From positions 248,001 to 312,000 of IMG/VR virus record IMGVR_UViG_3300037054_000148: a DNA stretch of 64,000 nucleotides. One strand, 5' to 3'. Below are positions 15,403 to 23,706 of the stretch, in pieces (positions within the stretch are counted from its first letter, which is position 1; the number at the start of each line of letters is the position of its first letter). The translations under genes were made by a program, and so were the position numbers. The notes beneath the pieces were generated by a model, which saw only the letters and a list, made by a program, of their open reading frames with translations, was not told the DNA's origin and made no database searches.

Positions 15403-16002
15403 ATGAAACGGATCAGAGCACACTTCTCAGCTAGGCTCCTGGCTGCCCCAATTGAAGGGGATTTGCCAATTGAGGATGAAGAGGATAAGCAGGAGTTCAG
15501 TGGCAAGGATACGAGCCTAACTCCGGCTCAAATGAAGAATAGTGTTCCGGCTTTATTCAACAAAATCCCTTGGCAATCTAGGATCCGAGTGTTTGACATC
15601 GGAGCAGGTAAACCATTGATGGCTGACGCACTTAAGCAGTGGTTCGAACTCAAGGACATCACCTACCTCCCCTATGACAAGTTCAATGGTGAGTCGTACA
15701 ACTTTGAAACTGTAAATCAGATTCGAAGGGGTAAGGCAGATGTGGCGACTGCTTCTAATCTACTCAATGTCATTGCTGAACCCAAGAGCCGTTTAACTGT
15801 CTACAAACAGATGTATAATGCACTTAAGGCTGGTGGAAAATTCTACATCTCTGTCTACTATGATCCAAATAGACGTCCAGGGCAATCCGGCAAGGACAAA
15901 TGGCAGAACCACATTCCCGCCAAAGCGTATCTCGAAGAGGTTCAGACCGTCTTCCCTGATGCTAGAATCCAGAACGGCCTGATCACCGGGACCAAGATCT
16001 GA
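15403..16002 (+). CDS. class I SAM-dependent methyltransferase with an N-terminal leader
   Basis: VFDIGAGK motif I; ASNLLNVI; ALKAGGKFYISVY. Confidence 0.8.
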   Translation: MKRIRAHFSARLLAAPIEGDLPIEDEEDKQEFSGKDTSLTPAQMKNSVPALFNKIPWQSRIRVFDIGAGKPLMADALKQWFELKDITYLPYDKFNGESYNFETVNQIRRGKADVATASNLLNVIAEPKSRLTVYKQMYNALKAGGKFYISVYYDPNRRPGQSGKDKWQNHIPAKAYLEEVQTVFPDARIQNGLITGTKI

Positions 16003-16034
16003 GTAATAATCCTTGAGGGGTCTCAGGGAGCAAC

Positions 16035-16418
16035 ATGGTATCAGAGAAGTATATAAGTATCCAGGAGGCCAAATACCTTCTGGCTAAACATGTTCCTACG
16101 GTGATGGGAGCGTTGATGCTTGAGCGGTTCGAACTGCACCCGCAGAGCCTATATGGAATGGCGGAAATGGTGATCAGCTACTACTCAATCCTGACCCACA
16201 AGCTCTACGGATTCAGCCAGCCGGTAGAATATGAGATGATCAAAAACAGACCGGATCTGGTGAAATACTACCTGGACCGAGTGTTTGAACACATCTTCCA
16301 CGATCTATATCAGAAGGAGATGGAGGACCAGGAAGATCTCCTTCTAAAACGAGTGGAGAACGAGGTTGCGAGGGAACTTGAGGAGAGGATGGGGGCACCG
16401 CTTGAATCTGGACAGTGA
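16035..16418 (+). CDS. hypothetical protein
   Basis: GGGAG RBS. Confidence 0.65.
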   Translation: MVSEKYISIQEAKYLLAKHVPTVMGALMLERFELHPQSLYGMAEMVISYYSILTHKLYGFSQPVEYEMIKNRPDLVKYYLDRVFEHIFHDLYQKEMEDQEDLLLKRVENEVARELEERMGAPLESGQ

Positions 16419-16710
16419 CTTCGACGTTTTGCATTATGAGATTGATCTTGGCTACGGCCCCGTGAATTGGGCTGATAAGAATGCCATCATTGAGGTGCAT
16501 AAGTGCCAGAACGGCTATCTAAAGCACCTCCCGTCCTTGCTTTGCAGTCTGTGCTCTCATGCCGTAACATTTCGAGTCACGATCCATGAATATGAAGCGA
16601 GGAATGAAGCAATCTGTAAATGGAGGAGATCAGAGAACATGCTATCTAAGTTCTCCTTCTCTGAGGACGAGCGCAATTTTGAAAGTCAAATGGACCTGGG
16701 TAGAAGTTAA
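16366..16710 (+). CDS. hypothetical protein
   Basis: ORF overlapping the upstream gene; start uncertain. Confidence 0.45.
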   Translation: MRGNLRRGWGHRLNLDSDFDVLHYEIDLGYGPVNWADKNAIIEVHKCQNGYLKHLPSLLCSLCSHAVTFRVTIHEYEARNEAICKWRRSENMLSKFSFSEDERNFESQMDLGRS

Positions 16711-16725
16711 TCTAAAGGAGCAAGA

Positions 16726-17022
16726 ATGTTACAAGACCCAAAGGAGCGGCTAGTCCAGCTTTTCATGAAACCCGTCTCTCGTGAGAAGGCTGAAGCACTT
16801 GCCCAGGCTCTGCTCGTAGACGTTGCAGAGCTTAAATTAGACGGTCTAGAATCTATGGAGCGAGTCGAACGGGCCTATGAGGCGGGGTTCTACGATGGCA
16901 GGCATGGGACTCCGTGTGAGCAGATTGAGGCTCAAAATGAGGCAGAGAACGCTAAGTTTGAGTTGAACTACCTGAAGGTTGCCCTAGAAAAAAGAGGGAT
17001 TCCTCTCCCCGAATCCTTCTAG
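16726..17022 (+). CDS. hypothetical protein
   Basis: AAGGAG RBS. Confidence 0.65.
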   Translation: MLQDPKERLVQLFMKPVSREKAEALAQALLVDVAELKLDGLESMERVERAYEAGFYDGRHGTPCEQIEAQNEAENAKFELNYLKVALEKRGIPLPESF

Positions 17023-17039
17023 CCGGTAGGCTGAAAAAT

Positions 17040-17066
17040 AACTTCGCTTCTCTCTAGTGGAGAAGC
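17040..17066 (+). promoter_or_regulatory. putative late promoter motif with RBS-occluding hairpin
   Basis: AACTTC-N12-TGGAG; GCTTCTC/GAGAAGC 7-bp stem. Confidence 0.5.
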
Positions 17067-17067
17067 C

Positions 17068-17736
17068 ATGAAATCACCCCTTTTTGAAAAGAGTAAAACT
17101 GCCATTCAAGTCGAATATGAATTTAGCACGACCCAAGCCATCTATGATGGAGCCACTACCAGAGATTTACTAGATTTTATACACAACACAATTCAGGATG
17201 AAGATGTGTATGTGGATGAAACGGATGGAATCAAAGGCAAGGAACGTAAGCCTCATATTACTCTGCTTTACGGAATCAGAGAACGCAAACCAGATATTCC
17301 GAAGTTAGAGCAGCTAATTCAGAACCACCCGGCTCTCAATCATGTAAATTGGATTGGGTTGAGTAAATTCGAATCTGTAAAGCATGATGTGTTAGTAATC
17401 CTAATCGAATCAGAAGAAGCTCAAGAACTTTTCACAGACCTAATGGCTATGTATCCGGATAATGCAAACAGTTTTCCAGATTATCAGCCTCACACCACCC
17501 TGGCTTACTTGAAGAAGGGAATGGCGGATAAGTATATTGAGAAGTTCTTTGACTCCTTTGTGGACTCTCCGGTTCCGATCAAGCACCTAGAATTTGAGAA
17601 TAATGGGGATATTGTGGTCTTCGACCCCAATTCAGCCCAGATGAAAAAGGTCATTACCGCTGCCGAGCTACTCACCAAGAAAAGAGCGGAACTGGAGCCC
17701 AAAACAGCTTACGAACGCTGGGTATCAGGTGATTAA
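17068..17736 (+). CDS. 2H phosphoesterase (LigT/T4 57B-Acb1-like fold) with an N-terminal leader
   Basis: Two HxT motifs: PHITLLYG and YQPHTTLAY. Confidence 0.85.
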   Translation: MKSPLFEKSKTAIQVEYEFSTTQAIYDGATTRDLLDFIHNTIQDEDVYVDETDGIKGKERKPHITLLYGIRERKPDIPKLEQLIQNHPALNHVNWIGLSKFESVKHDVLVILIESEEAQELFTDLMAMYPDNANSFPDYQPHTTLAYLKKGMADKYIEKFFDSFVDSPVPIKHLEFENNGDIVVFDPNSAQMKKVITAAELLTKKRAELEPKTAYERWVSGD

Positions 17737-17770
17737 TAAAAAGGCCCCCGAAGGGGCCTTTACTTTACTT
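17737..17770. terminator. bidirectional intrinsic terminator
   Basis: AAAAAGGCCCC-CGAA-GGGGCCTTTACTTT between convergent genes. Confidence 0.85.
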
Positions 17771-17784
17771 TGCCTAGCAGCCTA

Positions 17785-18006
17785 TTAGGGCTTCACGACC
17801 TTGGGGACGATGGGCTTGACTTCCTTCTTCTGAGGAGCAGCCTTGACAGCAGCCTTGGGGGCTACCTTCTTTGCCTTCTTGACGGGCTTCTTTGCCTTGG
17901 GGGCTACTTTGACCACTGGGGCCTTGGAGGCGGCGGGAGCAGGGGCCTGCGCGAATGCGATGGATCCGAGGGCGAGAGCTAGAACTACGAGTGAGAGTCT
18001 CTTCAT
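17785..18006 (-). CDS. small secreted Lys/Ala/Pro-rich protein
   Basis: AAGGAG RBS; signal peptide MKRLSLVVLALALGSIAFA-Q followed by a K/A/P/V low-complexity tail. Confidence 0.75.
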   Translation of the reverse strand: MKRLSLVVLALALGSIAFAQAPAPAASKAPVVKVAPKAKKPVKKAKKVAPKAAVKAAPQKKEVKPIVPKVVKP

Positions 18007-18111
18007 ATTATCTCCTTAAAAGAAATGAAGTTGAGACATAGAATATGCAGGTTCCATGCCAGTCTAGTAACTTAGTAATTGCAAGGGTTACATAGCTGGG
18101 TCTTTAATTAG

Positions 18112-18522
18112 GTGTTGCAGGATGCCTCACATGAGGCAATCCGCATGTTCTCGACTTTTTGGTATATTTGTAAGGAGAAGGACATGGATAAACCCTCAGA
18201 TGTAGAAGTAATTCAAGAAAGTGTAGTAAAGTTAGGGGCCATTCTCTGTAGCAAACTGAACCTCCTGAAGGGGGTGAATGATGAGGTTATGGAGCAGATT
18301 GAAGACATTCGAACAGCCCTTGAAGCCTCCCTTGAATCTCATTCCGAGATCAGACAGAACCAGACCCAAATCCAAATGACCCAAGCGAAGTATATGACAG
18401 AGCATGAGCGAATGAATGAAAGTGTAGTAGCCATATTGGCTGGGCTAAGGGGCTCTATCAACGGGCTAGGTGTTCAGATGAGGGAAATCAAGGGACTCCT
18501 GGAGAAAGACAGGTCAGTTTAA
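18112..18522 (+). CDS. coiled-coil hypothetical protein
   Basis: Heptad-like pattern; the start may be later (18184). Confidence 0.55.
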   Translation: MLQDASHEAIRMFSTFWYICKEKDMDKPSDVEVIQESVVKLGAILCSKLNLLKGVNDEVMEQIEDIRTALEASLESHSEIRQNQTQIQMTQAKYMTEHERMNESVVAILAGLRGSINGLGVQMREIKGLLEKDRSV

Positions 18523-18565
18523 AAATCGTAATACCCCGTCCCTTAGTAGAATCTCGGGAGGGATT

Positions 18566-19336
18566 ATGCACACTCCACGCTACGGCTGGCACCCAGACTT
18601 ACCTGATTTCCGTGACTTCCGTTTAACTGCGGCAGCCGCACACACGACCACCCCAGATGTGCTGGATCTCCGTCCAAAGATGCCCGTGGTTTACGACCAG
18701 GGTGATTTAGGAAGCTGCACTGGTAACTCTAGTGCCGCTGCATTCGAGTACGATTTGATTAGGCAAGGATTGCCTAGCTGGACTCCAAGTCGTCTGGGCA
18801 TCTACTATGATGAACGAGTCCTTGAAGGGACTGTCAGCACAGATGCGGGGGCACAAATTCGTGATGCTGTCAAAGTCCTAGCCACGAATGGGGCCGCACC
18901 TGAGACTTTGTGGCCTTATGTCCCAGCAAATTTCGCTATGGCCCCTCCGGCTGTCTATGTGAAGACGGCTGCTCAGGACTTAGCCCTCCAGTATGCCCGT
19001 GTCGATCAATCTCAGCTTGGAATTGAAGGATGCCTGTCTAAGGGCTATCCGGTTATTTTCGGGTTTACCGTATACTCTTCATTTGAATCAGAGGCCGTAG
19101 CACGGACAGGGGTCATGCCGATGCCCTCCTCCAAGGAAAAATGCTTAGGGGGCCACGCAGTGCTTTGTGTCGGCTACGAGCGTTCCAAGCGGATGTTCAT
19201 TATCCGTAACTCATGGGGAGTGGGGTGGGGGGATAAGGGATACTTCTATATGCCTTATAACTACCTACTCAACGCTAACCTAGCTGATGACCTTTGGGCT
19301 CTCTACACGGTCGAAGAGGCAGGTAAGCAAGCCTAG
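18566..19336 (+). CDS. papain-like C1 cysteine peptidase
   Basis: DQG.LGSCT.N (catalytic Cys), GGHAV..VGY (His), IRNSWG..WG.KGYF.MPY (Asn). Confidence 0.93.
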   Translation: MHTPRYGWHPDLPDFRDFRLTAAAAHTTTPDVLDLRPKMPVVYDQGDLGSCTGNSSAAAFEYDLIRQGLPSWTPSRLGIYYDERVLEGTVSTDAGAQIRDAVKVLATNGAAPETLWPYVPANFAMAPPAVYVKTAAQDLALQYARVDQSQLGIEGCLSKGYPVIFGFTVYSSFESEAVARTGVMPMPSSKEKCLGGHAVLCVGYERSKRMFIIRNSWGVGWGDKGYFYMPYNYLLNANLADDLWALYTVEEAGKQA

Positions 19337-19395
19337 GATCTAGACCAGACACAGGGTGGGAAAGTGACTATTCACTTCTAGAAGTGGAGGCTGTT

Positions 19396-20127
19396 ATGAA
19401 ACAAGCCAAAGTCAATCTCGATGGAGCAGCCCTTTCTCTACTCCACCCACTAGTGAGCGGGGCCACCACCCTGGCTCTACGCTGCCGTGAGGCACACTGG
19501 AATGTCAAGGGACCAAATTTCGGTCCTCTCCATGAACTGTTTGGTGACTTTTACGACTTCATGAACGATTGGGCTGACACCCTTGCCGAACGAGTCGTTC
19601 AGCAAGGAGGAGCCGCTTGGGCTCTGGATAGCTATACGGGGCCTGGGCTCATCGGGGACGAGAAGTTTCTACTGGAAAATATCGCTATCGCAGGGAATTC
19701 CCTGGCTACAATTGTGCATACTACTATCCCTAAGCTAGGGGACGATGAGACTAGCAAGGATGTGCTGATTGAATTTGGCCGAGAGCTTGAGAAATGGGTT
19801 TGGAAGATTGAGGCGCATCTGATGGAGTTTAAACGGTTAGGTGAGGCTAAACCTGAAACAGAAGTAGCGGAAGAGACCATCGCAGGCCCTGTTAAAGGCA
19901 CTGGGCGATTCCTCACGGAGGGGGAAATCAGGGCAGCCGCACAGACCCCCACTAAAGACTTCAGCGCCATCGTAACAGCTAGATCTATTCTGGTTAAATC
20001 TGCATCAGGGCACATTTATGCATTTGATGAGAACGTGATGCCGATTTCCAAGGCAAAAGATCCTTCCGAACAGGATGAGGCTCAGCGGTGGTTACAGGAA
20101 AACTTCAATGAGGTTCTTGGCGATTGA
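19396..20127 (+). CDS. dps: Dps/ferritin-like protein with a C-terminal extension
   Basis: AHWNVKGPNF..LHELF..FY......D.LAER. Confidence 0.88.
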   Translation: MKQAKVNLDGAALSLLHPLVSGATTLALRCREAHWNVKGPNFGPLHELFGDFYDFMNDWADTLAERVVQQGGAAWALDSYTGPGLIGDEKFLLENIAIAGNSLATIVHTTIPKLGDDETSKDVLIEFGRELEKWVWKIEAHLMEFKRLGEAKPETEVAEETIAGPVKGTGRFLTEGEIRAAAQTPTKDFSAIVTARSILVKSASGHIYAFDENVMPISKAKDPSEQDEAQRWLQENFNEVLGD

Positions 20128-20159
20128 CCAGAACGCAGTAACATCCCTAAGAGGCCGTA

Positions 20160-20489
20160 ATGGAAATCTCCAAGAAATCTGAATTGCTCAACCATGATTT
20201 GGTCAACATGCTCCAGACAAACGTCGAAGGGCAATTGAGTTTCAAGAATATGAACAAAATCGAGTGGAACAACCTTAGCCCAGAGTCCAAGGCCGAGTTC
20301 TTTATGAGAAATGTGTTTCACGATGGTGTGGACCCCCGCATAAAAGATCAGATTAACGGGGAAATTGACAAACGGGTAGACGTTGCAAAGAACGACCTAC
20401 TCCAAAAGGTGGATAACGAAGTCCGCAACGGTGCGATGTCTGAAGTGATCAAACAACTCGTTTCAGAAATCAATTTTACGGAGATTTGA
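20160..20489 (+). CDS. hypothetical protein
   Basis: 109-aa ORF. Confidence 0.6.
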   Translation: MEISKKSELLNHDLVNMLQTNVEGQLSFKNMNKIEWNNLSPESKAEFFMRNVFHDGVDPRIKDQINGEIDKRVDVAKNDLLQKVDNEVRNGAMSEVIKQLVSEINFTEI

Positions 20490-20510
20490 AATAGTTTTGT
20501 ATAATAATTG

Positions 20511-20540
20511 TATTCAAAACTGAACAAATCAAGGTATAAT
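20511..20540 (+). promoter_or_regulatory. putative early promoter
   Basis: TATTCA-18 nt-TATAAT (GG before the -10). Confidence 0.45.
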
Positions 20541-20587
20541 ACTAGAGCAGGGGTCGCATCCTTGCTCTTTTCCAACTAAGGAGAAAC

Positions 20588-21253
20588 ATGAGCGAAGAAC
20601 CAACGATTCACCAAGTAGTCCCCATTTCCATCCTCAAGACCTCCCACATTCCCAGCAGCATCATCTCTGCTCTGGTGAGCGCCCTGGTCGTCCTTGCTGG
20701 GTTGTTTGGTGTCTACACCATGATTCGGAATGCCCAGAAGGACCACATGGAACTGGTCGCGGCACTGAGTCAGAACAATCAGGAAGCAGTATTGCTTAAA
20801 GTTGTCGATGAAAAACTGTCTCTTCCAATGGAGACCAAAGTCCTCATCGCTAGAACTCTGAAGAACATGGTCACAGTCAAACAAATCCCCCTTTCCCTGG
20901 CCTGTGGCCTAATTCACGTAGAGACAGGGGGCACCTGGAGGACCGATCTGATCAGTCCAGCGGGTGCGACTGGCCTCCTACAGGTCATGCCAGCTACCGG
21001 GAAACCCTACCTGCGATCAGAGCGGATCGATCCGACTAAGAAGGCTCTGATGGATCCGATCAATAGCATCATCGCTGGCATTGGAGCCCTGGCAGACTTT
21101 CATGATATGGCCGTGGACCTTGGGTTGGAGAAGTCGGACCAGTATGGTGTAAGTCTGGCCATGTATAACCAGGGTCCAAAAGTAAATCGGCCCACTCAAT
21201 ACTCCAAAGAAGTGCTGGAAGCCTCAAAGTTGTATAAGGCCATGGGGCTGTAA
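20588..21253 (+). CDS. membrane-anchored lytic transglycosylase (SLT family)
   Basis: N-terminal TM helix; IHVET, S.AGA.GL.QVMP.T, AMYNQG. Confidence 0.88.
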   Translation: MSEEPTIHQVVPISILKTSHIPSSIISALVSALVVLAGLFGVYTMIRNAQKDHMELVAALSQNNQEAVLLKVVDEKLSLPMETKVLIARTLKNMVTVKQIPLSLACGLIHVETGGTWRTDLISPAGATGLLQVMPATGKPYLRSERIDPTKKALMDPINSIIAGIGALADFHDMAVDLGLEKSDQYGVSLAMYNQGPKVNRPTQYSKEVLEASKLYKAMGL

Positions 21254-21282
21254 ACGAGTAATAAGTAAAAGGAGTTTTACCT

Positions 21283-21552
21283 ATGCATATTGTCACTCTT
21301 CCGAATAAAGAACACTACGAGTATCTAATGTTTGTTTTTCACAAACACGCAGGATCTGGTCTCGATCCGGAAGAGTTGGCGATTGCGGGGCAAGTATGGA
21401 GCTTCCTGAAAAATTCCAGAGAAATTCTGCCCCCTGCCCAAGAAAAAGGTGAGCCGGAGACCATTCAGATTCCTGGGCCACTACAGATCGTCCACGAAGG
21501 GGACGTAAGTATGCCGTCCAATGAGGTGGGTCGTTCCGAGAGAGGGCAGTAA
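21283..21552 (+). CDS. hypothetical protein
   Basis: AAGGAG RBS. Confidence 0.6.
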   Translation: MHIVTLPNKEHYEYLMFVFHKHAGSGLDPEELAIAGQVWSFLKNSREILPPAQEKGEPETIQIPGPLQIVHEGDVSMPSNEVGRSERGQ

Positions 21553-21556
21553 CCCG

Positions 21557-22093
21557 CTAGCTTTTCCCCAGTTTTGCTAGAATCTCAGCCTTGTACTGAT
21601 GAATTCGTTTAACGTAATCAATGGTTTGCTGAGCATTTTTGTGTGTGATATTCGGTAAGGCTTGCTGCCAAGTCGTATTTCCACCAAGTTGCTCAGCTAA
21701 CCATACAGCTTTATCATAATTTCCAGGTCCAGCATTGTAGCTGGCCAAAGCTCCATCCCAAGTATTCGTTGGATCTATCCTGACAGCACCTTCTTCAAGA
21801 TATACCATGTAACGAGAGTTGGCACTGATGGACGCCTCGGGGTTCTTAGGGTCGGCCCCTTTTGGCTTCCCCCAGATTTTCCATGTGTCCATGGTGAATT
21901 GGGATAAGCCGAAGGCACAGGGGACTTTCTCCCCTTTCTTGTTGATGATAAAGGACTGGGCATTGGGGTTGAAATTAGACTCCGCCTTAATTTGGCTGGC
22001 CCTATCCACCCATCTGGCTCCGTCATACTGCACAAGCAAGCTCTGGTAAGGGACCACCAGAACCACACTGAAGCATAGATTGCGGAACCACAT
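21557..22093 (-). CDS. lytic transglycosylase, probable endolysin
   Basis: QIKAESNFNPNAQS, A.GLSQF...TW, ALASYNAGPGN. Confidence 0.9.
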   Translation of the reverse strand: MWFRNLCFSVVLVVPYQSLLVQYDGARWVDRASQIKAESNFNPNAQSFIINKKGEKVPCAFGLSQFTMDTWKIWGKPKGADPKNPEASISANSRYMVYLEEGAVRIDPTNTWDGALASYNAGPGNYDKAVWLAEQLGGNTTWQQALPNITHKNAQQTIDYVKRIHQYKAEILAKLGKS

Positions 22094-22102
22094 AAGGCCC
22101 CC

Positions 22103-22537
22103 TTATTTGAGCAAAGCCTGAATGAGGGAGTTCAAAATTGCACCAACCAGAGCGGCGAGGAGTATGCCTCCGTTGGAGATCTTTCGACTCTTTACCTCTT
22201 CAGAATCTTCTTCAATTGGCTCTAAATACTGCTTACCCAGGCGGGAGTTTTCTGCTATATTAAATAGCGTAGCGGCAGAGAGAAACCCCAGAGCGATAAC
22301 CGGAAGTGCCATCAGCAACCTCACTAAAGTGAGACGAGCACTAACTACTGCTTGCCACCATGCAGAGTCTGAAGTGACAGGAGTATGGGAAGCATAGGCA
22401 GCCAATGCGACAAAAAATGCTAGAAGACCGCAGGCTACCCAAATCAATATTTTGTTGATATGAGATCTACGCTGGGGATCGATTTTTGAACTGTCGGAGA
22501 ACAGATCTTTGATTAAACTTTTTGCCCACTTATTCAT
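22103..22537 (-). CDS. 3-TM membrane protein, holin candidate
   Basis: Three hydrophobic segments; directly upstream of the endolysin. Confidence 0.55.
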   Translation of the reverse strand: MNKWAKSLIKDLFSDSSKIDPQRRSHINKILIWVACGLLAFFVALAAYASHTPVTSDSAWWQAVVSARLTLVRLLMALPVIALGFLSAATLFNIAENSRLGKQYLEPIEEDSEEVKSRKISNGGILLAALVGAILNSLIQALLK

Positions 22538-22545
22538 TTGAGACT

Positions 22546-22568
22546 CCTCACCCTGGTATCAGAAAGTT
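22546..22568 (-). promoter_or_regulatory. putative late promoter motif
   Basis: AACTTT-N12-TGAGG before the lysis cassette. Confidence 0.5.
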
Positions 22569-23644
22569 TAAGTTGTTGCTGTATCTATAAAAATGAAGTC
22601 CTTAACAAAATCTACGTTCAAAACTACTAAGGCCGTGGACCCTGTTCCGGGGGCGGGAGAAAATGTTACTGATAGAACACCTGAGCTAAAGTCCACACTA
22701 CTAGGGATAAAAGCAGCCCCAGAGATACCAAACGTATCCGAGTAGGCACTACTCACTCCTTTTTTAAATATCATCCACATACTCATGTTGTCCACCTGAT
22801 CCAAGATAGCAATAGACTGGTCGGTCACAAGGATCAAGGCGTTTGTAGGGAACCCTTGTGTGTCCCCTCTAGTGGTCTTATCACCCCCTCCGGTAGCCTC
22901 CGAGAACCATGGAGCAATCAGGGTTGGATTTTGAACTCCAGAAGTGTAGTAAAACCCGTCTGCCGCATAACCAGTCAACCCACCGGCAAACGTTGGGTTA
23001 TAAAATAAATCTGTGCTTTGTGCAGGGACCAGACAAGAGCAATATACATTATTTCCGTATAGTTGGATATCCCCCAGGAGATCCTGAGAAAAACTGGAAA
23101 TAAGGGGGGGATAAGATGAAACGGGGAGATTCAGAATGGTGCTAACATAAACATTATCAATATTAAATGTAATGCCTTGATTAAAGAATAGCTGAGTAGA
23201 AGTGAAAATCAGCGTAATAGTTTGTCCAGCAAACATTGATAAATCATACACACCCTGTTGCACCCAGCCCTTACCTACAAGTGGACTTCCGATGTTGTAA
23301 GTCGCCACAGTAGTGTAGTTACTGAAATGGTCTTCCACTTCGACGGTTAAGCTACAAGAGGGGTTGAGCAGGCTATCAGGGTGGGTTAGGCTATCGTCTA
23401 TCTGTAAAACATAGGAGAGGGAGGCCGTGGAGAGGGGGGGGATGGTGAGGGACTGATAAATTATATCTATCTGGTTGTCTGAAATATTATGTCCACATAA
23501 AGAGGCGCACCATTGCCCTGAGTAGGCTTCAGTATGGTTCATTAAAATATAAGGGGACTCAACGGTCCAGGCGGAGGGGTTGGACCCATCTGGATTATTC
23601 TGAATCTCGAATCCTGGGTTTACAATGAGTTGTTGGGTAATCAT
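22568..23644 (-). CDS. virion protein with an N-terminal carbohydrate-binding (jelly-roll)-like domain
   Basis: IVNPGFE...W...AYSG...IYQSLTIP... pattern; S/T-rich. Confidence 0.7.
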   Translation of the reverse strand: MITQQLIVNPGFEIQNNPDGSNPSAWTVESPYILMNHTEAYSGQWCASLCGHNISDNQIDIIYQSLTIPPLSTASLSYVLQIDDSLTHPDSLLNPSCSLTVEVEDHFSNYTTVATYNIGSPLVGKGWVQQGVYDLSMFAGQTITLIFTSTQLFFNQGITFNIDNVYVSTILNLPVSSYPPLISSFSQDLLGDIQLYGNNVYCSCLVPAQSTDLFYNPTFAGGLTGYAADGFYYTSGVQNPTLIAPWFSEATGGGDKTTRGDTQGFPTNALILVTDQSIAILDQVDNMSMWMIFKKGVSSAYSDTFGISGAAFIPSSVDFSSGVLSVTFSPAPGTGSTALVVLNVDFVKDFIFIDTATT

Positions 23645-23706
23645 GTGCGCTCCACATAAAAGGAATACAGAGTTCTTTCTTGAAGCTGATTTTTAAGGTG
23701 GCGTTC

